Positions 57,731-64,000 of a stretch of 64,000 nt of DNA are shown here, in pieces. Below the pieces are notes generated by a model. That model saw nothing but the letters and a program-made list of their open reading frames with translations, had not been told where the DNA came from and did not search any database. Numbering within the stretch: position 1 is the first letter of the stretch; every line of letters begins with the position of its first letter. Source of the DNA: an uncultured Pseudomonadales bacterium (GTDB lineage: Bacteria; Patescibacteriota; Microgenomatia; UBA1400; MFAQ01); NCBI GenBank assembly GCA_964357975.1, contig CAYHNG010000001.1, positions 47,007 to 111,006 of the forward strand, given 5' to 3'. Position numbers and translations under genes: made by a program.

Positions 57731-59986
57731 ATGAAAAGAATACTCAGGTTTTGGCCCTTCTTGGTTTTTGTGATTGCTTGTTTTGTTTATTATTGGCGAG
57801 TATTTTTGAAGGGGGATGTCCCCTTTCCGGGAGACCTAATGGTTGGAGCCTACCTGCCCTGGCTGGAGAACAAGTGGGGCTTCCCTACCGGTGTGCCGGT
57901 AAAAAACCCCTTAATATCGGATATTTTTTCGCAGTTCTATATGTGGAAGAGTTTGGTGGCCGAATCGTGGCGACACCTCCAAATTCCTCTGTGGAATCCC
58001 TTCTCGTATTCCGGGTACCCTTTGATGGCTAATTTCCATTCCGGCGCATTTTATCCGCTGGGTTTTCTCTATCTACTACTGGGAGATATTAAGGGTTGGG
58101 ATTTTCTGGTGGTACTACCTTCGCTGGCTACCGCTATCACGATGTATTTATATCTCCGACAAATTAAAGTCAAGAAGGTTGGAGCGGTGGCCGGTGGCAT
58201 TATTTATGCCTACTCCGGCTTTGCTATTAGCTGGGCCCAGTTTGTGACCGCTGCCCATGCCATGATCTGGATGCCCTTGATCTTTATTGTGTTGGAAAAA
58301 TTTTTCGACTCCAAAAAAACCCACTATCTGTACTATCTACCCCTGATCTTCTTTCTACTGATTACCTCAGGACACTTCCAGATAATGGTCTATATCACAG
58401 TGTTGACTGTAATCTATTTTGCCTGGAAATGGATGGAGGCCAAAGACTATAAATTGTTTCTGGCGACCATCGTCCCCGGACTGCTGACACTAGGGCTAGC
58501 AGCTTTTCAGATGTTACCCACATTGGAACTAACCAAATACGGGCTGAGGTCGGTAGAAAACTATATTGCCGGATATAACTACGGTTTACTGCCTATAAAG
58601 TATTTGACTACTTTGATTGCGCCTGATTATTTTGGTAACCCCGCAACAGGAAACTTCTTTGGAGTCTTCAACTATCATGAAGCCATTTTTTACACGGGAG
58701 TTTTAACGGTTTTCTGTTTTGTTCTGTCTCTTTTTCTCTATAAATCCAATAAATATGTCAGATTCTTCCTCTTCGCTACAATAATCGCCTTTCTATTCGG
58801 CTTTGACACGCCGCTCGGAAAAGCAGTTTACACCTTTAACGTCCCGGGTTTGTCGACCAGTGCGGCAGGTAGAATAGCCGTGATCTTTTCTATGAGTCTG
58901 GCGGTATTGTCGGGCATCGTTTTGTCTAACTTAGAAAAGATTAGTTTTAATAAAATATTGTTTACTATCGGAATTATTGGTTTGGCCTACTCAACAATTT
59001 ATTACTTGGCTCGTTTTACCGACGGAATATTGCTGTCTCCCAATAATCCCGGTATGCTTCTGGCTCAGAGAAGAGCTGTAACTTTAAGAAATTTGATTTT
59101 ACCCGGTGCTTTTGTCGGCCTGTATTCGCTGATTTTTCTCTTGGCTAAAAAGTGGAAAGTTCTGACCGGTCTGCTGATAGTGGTAATTTGTCTGGAAATG
59201 TTTAGATTTGGTTGGAAGTATATTCCGTTTGTGCCGGAAAGAATTGTTTACCCCGATACGCCAGTGATTTCCTTTTTAAAAGAAAAGGCAGAAGCGGAAG
59301 TCTTTAGAATCGATCGGGAAAGAGCAGAGATCATGCCACCGGCTACTTGGATGCAGTACCGCTTTATGAGCCCTTCCGGATACGATCCGATGGCTATAAA
59401 AGACTATGCAAGCGCTTATCAGGAGAAAATAAACGGAAACTTTAGTGGTCAAGTAGGAAGATACTCGGAGCTGGAAAGATACGATTCGAAGGCGTTGGGT
59501 GATTTTAACGTTAAGTATTTGTTGGTGATTAAGAGAGATAAGGTTGGTAAACTTGGGGGGGATAACATTAACTATTCGATAAATCAAAAGGAGTGGAAAA
59601 AGGTTTTTGAAAGTAGTGCCACAGCAATTCTGGAAAATATATACTATCAACCCAGAGCTAGGTACTTGGGTGAAGCAGGTGGTGGTATAACGATCACCTC
59701 CTATACTCCAAACACCATTAAACTTTCCTACCTTGATGGGGCAAATAAAACCTTATTGCTAGCCGATACCTGGTATCCAGGTTGGAAGGCGTTCGTAAAT
59801 AACAAAGAAGTAGAAATTGAAAAATGCGAAGGTATTTTCCGATGTATTAAACTTACCGACAAAGTAGGTGAAGTGGTGTTTGATTATCAACCGGCCAGCT
59901 TTTGGCTGGGACTCAAGATTAGCATAGTCAGCGCGCTACTCACTCTGGTCGCACTATTTAGAACAAGGAGCCATCAGGCGGACTGA
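57731..59986 (+). CDS. YfhO-like large polytopic membrane protein (GT-C-type glycosyltransferase family)
   Basis: 751 aa: about 13 N-terminal TM helices, a roughly 240-aa extracytoplasmic domain and a final C-terminal TM helix, which is YfhO-type topology. Its 3' end overlaps the converging gene by 33 nt. Confidence 0.45.
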   Translation: MKRILRFWPFLVFVIACFVYYWRVFLKGDVPFPGDLMVGAYLPWLENKWGFPTGVPVKNPLISDIFSQFYMWKSLVAESWRHLQIPLWNPFSYSGYPLMANFHSGAFYPLGFLYLLLGDIKGWDFLVVLPSLATAITMYLYLRQIKVKKVGAVAGGIIYAYSGFAISWAQFVTAAHAMIWMPLIFIVLEKFFDSKKTHYLYYLPLIFFLLITSGHFQIMVYITVLTVIYFAWKWMEAKDYKLFLATIVPGLLTLGLAAFQMLPTLELTKYGLRSVENYIAGYNYGLLPIKYLTTLIAPDYFGNPATGNFFGVFNYHEAIFYTGVLTVFCFVLSLFLYKSNKYVRFFLFATIIAFLFGFDTPLGKAVYTFNVPGLSTSAAGRIAVIFSMSLAVLSGIVLSNLEKISFNKILFTIGIIGLAYSTIYYLARFTDGILLSPNNPGMLLAQRRAVTLRNLILPGAFVGLYSLIFLLAKKWKVLTGLLIVVICLEMFRFGWKYIPFVPERIVYPDTPVISFLKEKAEAEVFRIDRERAEIMPPATWMQYRFMSPSGYDPMAIKDYASAYQEKINGNFSGQVGRYSELERYDSKALGDFNVKYLLVIKRDKVGKLGGDNINYSINQKEWKKVFESSATAILENIYYQPRARYLGEAGGGITITSYTPNTIKLSYLDGANKTLLLADTWYPGWKAFVNNKEVEIEKCEGIFRCIKLTDKVGEVVFDYQPASFWLGLKISIVSALLTLVALFRTRSHQAD

Positions 59987-61588
59987 GGCATGCCAGGGGA
60001 AGACTTTTTCTTTGACGAGACAGAGTTTCGAGAAATTACCTAACCAAGCTTGTGTTCTAATAGGCATATCCATATCCTCTTCGATGATTAGAAAGGTGAA
60101 AGCTTGTGAACCAGCATCCCTCTTGTTGGTCCAGATTTTATCGACATCTCGGATATATTCCGGTTGACCGGGTAAATAAGCTGTTTCGATGGGCTCGTAA
60201 CCATATTTCCAATTGCCATACCACCAGAAAAGATGATTGTATGGAAAATCGTAAACGGAAGGAAGATAGCTGTAAACTTTAAAGCCCTGACCATTCGCGT
60301 TTTGATAAACCCAATCAAGGGCCGCAATTTCGTTCCTCATATTACTTCGATCATCCGAGGGTTTCCCGGCTACGTCTCGTGTGTAATCCCATTGAGACTT
60401 AAGGGAGTAATAAATCAGTATTCCAACAAGAAGGCCGATGAAAACCTTAAAAACAATGGCCTTCCTTTCCCAGAGGTAATCCAAAAAGCATCCAAAAAAT
60501 ATCACCAGAGGAACCGAGAGACCCAATGTATACCATTCCTTAAGCTTTTGAGGGAAGAGAAGATAAAAGATGGCGGAAAATACCATGAACCAGAAAGAAA
60601 GCGACCAGGTTTTCATCCCGGTGTACATTGATTTTTTAACAGAGAATGATAAGAAAATAAAGATAACCAAACTGAGAAGATAGAGGTAGGGCACGTAATT
60701 CGGAGGTAAATGGGTAGAACGGATAACTAATAGCTGAAAATGATCCCAGCGCTGAGCTAACTTTTCGGCAAAATTAATTTTCTCTCCGAGCATGGTGCCT
60801 TGTCCGGAGAATTCTCCCAGTAGAAGTTTCGTCATTATAAAGCCGTGTTTGAATTCAAATAGAACTTGAGGCAGAAGGGTGATGCCAAAACCAACAACTA
60901 GAGGAGTGGTACTTTTAAGTGGAGTGAGATCTCTCCACTTCGGTCGAGATGACGAGAATAATAAATACAGGAGGGCGAAAGGAAAAAACAAAATTCCGAA
61001 AGCGGCCTCGATTTGCATGGCCAGTCCGGAGACTAGACCGAGCACAAGAAGAGTTATTGGTGCGGGGTTATTAGATTTAGGTGCGAGGTGATTGGTGCGA
61101 AGGGCAAAAGCGAAAACGGCAAAATAGAGAGTGGTGAAAAAAACCATCGAATTGGCGTTCCAAAAATATCTGGCGGTATTAAAGCCTGTGGGCATGAGAA
61201 ACAAAAGGATGGAAACGATGGTGGCCAACGTAGGACGTTCTTTTCTGAGGACTAACCAGAGAGCGATGACCAAGAGTTGATACCAAAGGATTTGCCAGTA
61301 AACCACAAAGGCCGGGTTTCCACCGCCGAGAACGAAGGGAGTGAGGTTAAAGTAATACCAAAAAGGACCGAGAAGAACTCCATTGATACTGGTGGTGGGG
61401 CCGACTAGCCGCGGTGTATGAGTAACCACCATGTGGCGCATATCGACCATGTCTCTTCCTTGATCTGTAGTAAAAGGAAAATTGTAATTGGCGACCTCCA
61501 TGATTTTTAATACTGAGCTTGCCAACAGAATCACGAGGAAAAGAATCAGGAGGATATTTTTTTTCAAAACATCGTACACCCGTTTCAT
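59954..61588 (-). CDS. ArnT/GT83-like GT-C membrane glycosyltransferase
   Basis: FPFTTDQGRDMVDMRHMVVTHTPRLVGPTTSINGVLLGPFWYYF. Carries an in-frame copy of the hairpin repeat, encoding SSSRPKWRDLT in a loop. Confidence 0.6.
   Translation of the reverse strand: MKRVYDVLKKNILLILFLVILLASSVLKIMEVANYNFPFTTDQGRDMVDMRHMVVTHTPRLVGPTTSINGVLLGPFWYYFNLTPFVLGGGNPAFVVYWQILWYQLLVIALWLVLRKERPTLATIVSILLFLMPTGFNTARYFWNANSMVFFTTLYFAVFAFALRTNHLAPKSNNPAPITLLVLGLVSGLAMQIEAAFGILFFPFALLYLLFSSSRPKWRDLTPLKSTTPLVVGFGITLLPQVLFEFKHGFIMTKLLLGEFSGQGTMLGEKINFAEKLAQRWDHFQLLVIRSTHLPPNYVPYLYLLSLVIFIFLSFSVKKSMYTGMKTWSLSFWFMVFSAIFYLLFPQKLKEWYTLGLSVPLVIFFGCFLDYLWERKAIVFKVFIGLLVGILIYYSLKSQWDYTRDVAGKPSDDRSNMRNEIAALDWVYQNANGQGFKVYSYLPSVYDFPYNHLFWWYGNWKYGYEPIETAYLPGQPEYIRDVDKIWTNKRDAGSQAFTFLIIEEDMDMPIRTQAWLGNFSKLCLVKEKVFPWHASVRLMAPCSK
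60924..60956. repeat. Hairpin repeat copy R6 (GTGAGATctctccacttcggtcgagATGACGAG), in-frame inside the ArnT-like CDS
   Basis: About 27 of 33 positions identical to R2; the minus strand encodes SSSRPKWRDLT. Confidence 0.75.
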
Positions 61589-62658
61589 AACAAGAGTTTA
61601 ATTTTTTCGAAAAAGTTGCCGATCGAGAAAAATCTGGATCGATCGAAGGCTTTTTTGGCCATCTCAGTAAGGACACTAGGATCTTGAATTAGCTCATTGG
61701 TTTTCGTAATGATTTCGGAACTGTCTTCACACAAATACCCCGATCCGGTAGTGATGATTTCTTTTTGACCACCTTTATTAATGACAATAGGAACACAACC
61801 GGAAGCCATAGCCTCGACTGTGACCATGCCAAAGTGTTCGACCTTTTCCGGATCAGTTTGCTCGTTGACCCCTAGCCCTGCGGCGTGCCAAAAGAACTTG
61901 GCCTGAGCGTAAAGTTTCTTTAGTTCATTAAAATCCGGATTGATGACGAACTCGACATCTAAACCTTTGGCAGCGGTTTTTAACTTTTGAAGCACTATCT
62001 CATCGCCCTTGAGCCCCCCGGCCAAGATGAGCCGATAGCCCTTAACCTTCTCGGAAAGCCCTCTAAATGCTTCTATCAAAATATCCTGTCTTTTGCTATG
62101 CGAGGGAGAATCAAAACGGGCGACGGAGAGGATGACGTTGTCTTTTTTCCCCGGAGTGAAACCATCGATGTCGATTGGTGGATAAAGAACAAAGCTTTTA
62201 TCTTTCGGAAGATTTTTCTCCAGAACGTTTCTGGTGAAGTTGGAGTTGTAAACAAACTTTTTGATAAAAACCGATTTAAGGTTATTGATAGTGGTATTGC
62301 CACCCATTTTTTTGAAAGGTACCTGGAGATGAACAAGATTGTTCTTGGAGAATAAAAAGGGCAGACTACCATCACTGACCCAAAAAATCAGATCGTAGTC
62401 TTTGGTAAACTTGAGTCTTTCGGCGTAAGCCGACTTTTGACTACAAAGCCCATAGGCTTCCGGGTCGACAGATATTCGGGAAAGATCTAAACCAAAACGA
62501 GATTGCGCCAAATCCAGGTGTTTTCTGTCCGACCAGGCCAAAACCACATCATAATTATTTTTGATGAGCCCCAGAGCAAAGGTGAGGACGTAGCGCTCCC
62601 CTCCTCCGAGAGTGTCCAAATACGGATCAAAAATTAAGGCCTTTTTCATTACCGGCAT
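61585..62658 (-). CDS. Glycosyltransferase family 4 (GT-B)
   Basis: EHFGMVTVEAMASGCVPIV signature; ATGA coupling. Confidence 0.8.
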   Translation of the reverse strand: MPVMKKALIFDPYLDTLGGGERYVLTFALGLIKNNYDVVLAWSDRKHLDLAQSRFGLDLSRISVDPEAYGLCSQKSAYAERLKFTKDYDLIFWVSDGSLPFLFSKNNLVHLQVPFKKMGGNTTINNLKSVFIKKFVYNSNFTRNVLEKNLPKDKSFVLYPPIDIDGFTPGKKDNVILSVARFDSPSHSKRQDILIEAFRGLSEKVKGYRLILAGGLKGDEIVLQKLKTAAKGLDVEFVINPDFNELKKLYAQAKFFWHAAGLGVNEQTDPEKVEHFGMVTVEAMASGCVPIVINKGGQKEIITTGSGYLCEDSSEIITKTNELIQDPSVLTEMAKKAFDRSRFFSIGNFFEKIKLLL

Positions 62659-62667
62659 GTGTCTATT

Positions 62668-64000
62668 CTATTCTAAAAGTGAAGTTTCTGTTTTGTAGAT
62701 AGAAACGTTAGAGTTTGAATAGACTAAAGGATAACCGACTTGGTTAAAATCGGTGGATAGAGAGGTGTAAATGTAATTGATGCCATATTGGTTTACGATA
62801 TCCTTGATATATCCACTATCGGAGGCAGAGGCAAAAAACAAGCTTTGGACATTCTTTCGGTAACTATCATCTATACCCAGTAGCCAAGCGATATTGCCAC
62901 CGGTATAAAAAGTTCTTCTTTCGGCTAGGGCGGAAACTTTCATCTTTTTGTTGTCAAAAACGGGATCAACCATGATGATAGAGTACTTATCGGAATTGTT
63001 TTTTAGATACTGTAAAGCCGAATACTCATCTTTGTTGACAATGTATTCATGAAATTTCCGGACATTAAAAAAGTCTTTCCCGATGATAAAAAGAAAAATT
63101 GGTATCATTAACGCCAGAAGAAGTTTGCCCCGTTTTATGGAAGATAAGAATAGGCCAAAAGTAAAACCCATGAAGATGATGGCCACCTGACCGAACTGAA
63201 CTGCGTTAAAGGGGTCCGGTTGAGGAGTGACAACCAATGGTAGTGCAAGAGAAATAAGAATACAAAGAAGCAGAAAAAGATTTTGTTGGCGTTGTTTTTG
63301 GTACGATTTAATCAAATAGATAATTCCCAATAATTTAATCCAAAAATTTCCCAGTAAATAAAGACAGATTTTTTCGATTTCCATTTGGGTGAGTCTGAGC
63401 CAATTACCCTTTGATTGATAGTGAAGATATTTCAGATAAAAACCCTCCACACTAAACCTCTCCGGGTCCTCTACCATCTTGGTAAGTAGCCAGCCAGGCC
63501 TGAAAGTTAAGGGGAAGTTATGACCGGATCCGGTTCTGTCACTGACTATCAGAAAGATTGATCCGGACAAGACCAACAAAAGTAAGGCGGGAAATAGGCT
63601 CCGGAATCCATCCTCTTTGATCCGGAACAAACAGATGATTCCAAAGGCCAAAGAGATAGGGATAGCAAAAAATATTTTAACTCCAAAGAGAAGAGAGATA
63701 GCCACAGCGGCCAGATAGCCAAATTTGACCGATTTTGAAGAGAACCAACGGAAGACAAATAGGGTCCCTAATATGATTAGAATGTAGCCAATGCCCGTGT
63801 GCAAATTGATGAGCTGATCATACGGCTGATCCAGCATAAAGGCATTGCCACTCCAGGTGGAGTTCTTGATGACCAACGGTTTAATAAATGCGGCCGACCC
63901 CACAAATAAAGTGGTGATTACACAGATAATGGACCAGAAGTCGTCCAAGTTGAAAGTCTTGGCCAGTTTGAAGATAACAAACGATAAGAGGAAACAAACC
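62668..64000 (-). CDS. Polytopic membrane protein, 5'-partial (frame remains open to the right edge)
   Basis: The track start at 63948 is a TTG, and the frame stays open upstream to position 64000 (…VLFLLSFVIFKLAKTFNLDDFW…), so the true start lies outside the window. About 9 TM helices plus a C-terminal soluble domain. Confidence 0.5.
   Translation of the reverse strand, partial: VCFLLSFVIFKLAKTFNLDDFWSIICVITTLFVGSAAFIKPLVIKNSTWSGNAFMLDQPYDQLINLHTGIGYILIILGTLFVFRWFSSKSVKFGYLAAVAISLLFGVKIFFAIPISLAFGIICLFRIKEDGFRSLFPALLLLVLSGSIFLIVSDRTGSGHNFPLTFRPGWLLTKMVEDPERFSVEGFYLKYLHYQSKGNWLRLTQMEIEKICLYLLGNFWIKLLGIIYLIKSYQKQRQQNLFLLLCILISLALPLVVTPQPDPFNAVQFGQVAIIFMGFTFGLFLSSIKRGKLLLALMIPIFLFIIGKDFFNVRKFHEYIVNKDEYSALQYLKNNSDKYSIIMVDPVFDNKKMKVSALAERRTFYTGGNIAWLLGIDDSYRKNVQSLFFASASDSGYIKDIVNQYGINYIYTSLSTDFNQVGYPLVYSNSNVSIYKTETSLLE

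Noticed and set aside
1-64000. CRISPR arrays, tRNA/rRNA genes, transposases/integrases, prophage genes
   Set aside because: Apart from the hairpin family described above, there are no regularly spaced direct repeats, no tRNA-like T-arm/acceptor signatures and no recombinase-like ORFs. The window is dominated by glycosylation genes, and none of these feature types is reported.

Overview
This 64-kb window is gene-dense (about 93% coding), mostly minus-strand, and looks like one very large cell-envelope / protein-glycosylation super-locus. Several start codons fall on GTG/TTG and several gene junctions overlap as ATGA or TAATG; these were checked directly at a subset of junctions. I saw no rRNA, tRNA, CRISPR array, transposase or integrase.

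Supported content:
- At least 17 polytopic GT-C-type membrane glycosyltransferases. Seven are PMT/GT39-like (N-terminal 'DEAAIGYNAYSLL' motif), including an uninterrupted tandem array of six paralogs at 40377-51312 plus one at 5674-7140. Five are ArnT/GT83-like (N-terminal F-x-[FN]-D-[QEM]-x-R-D motif), one of them partial at the left edge. The rest are a YfhO-like protein and other large membrane proteins.
- Nine GT-A/GT2 enzymes (one Dpm1/GtrB-like polyprenol-phosphate sugar synthase), five GT-B/GT4 enzymes, a Wzx-type flippase and GDP-L-fucose synthase.
- A six-gene plus-strand sugar-activation operon at 10998-15368: KdsC-like HAD phosphatase, AroE-like dehydrogenase, nucleotidyltransferase-kinase fusion, GatZ/KbaZ-like TIM barrel, cupin isomerase.
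- A long minus-strand modification operon at 15396-31270: two B12-binding radical SAM enzymes, a small ferredoxin, AsnB, three class-I SAM methyltransferases, one FkbM methyltransferase and a DUF3800 protein.
- metK and gltX, plus a membrane-anchored SNase-like nuclease.

Non-coding highlights:
- A family of roughly 30-nt UUCG-loop hairpin repeats in six copies. Three are intergenic; three sit in-frame inside CDSs, and two of those encode the same peptide, SSSRxxxRDLT, in unrelated proteins.
- A candidate SAM-I/IV-clan riboswitch in the metK leader.
- A complete mini transcription unit: extended -10 promoter, AAGGAG Shine-Dalgarno sequence, 26-codon acidic ORF and rho-independent terminator.

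The window is consistent with a compact CPR/Patescibacteria-like genome; that is inference, not a database result.
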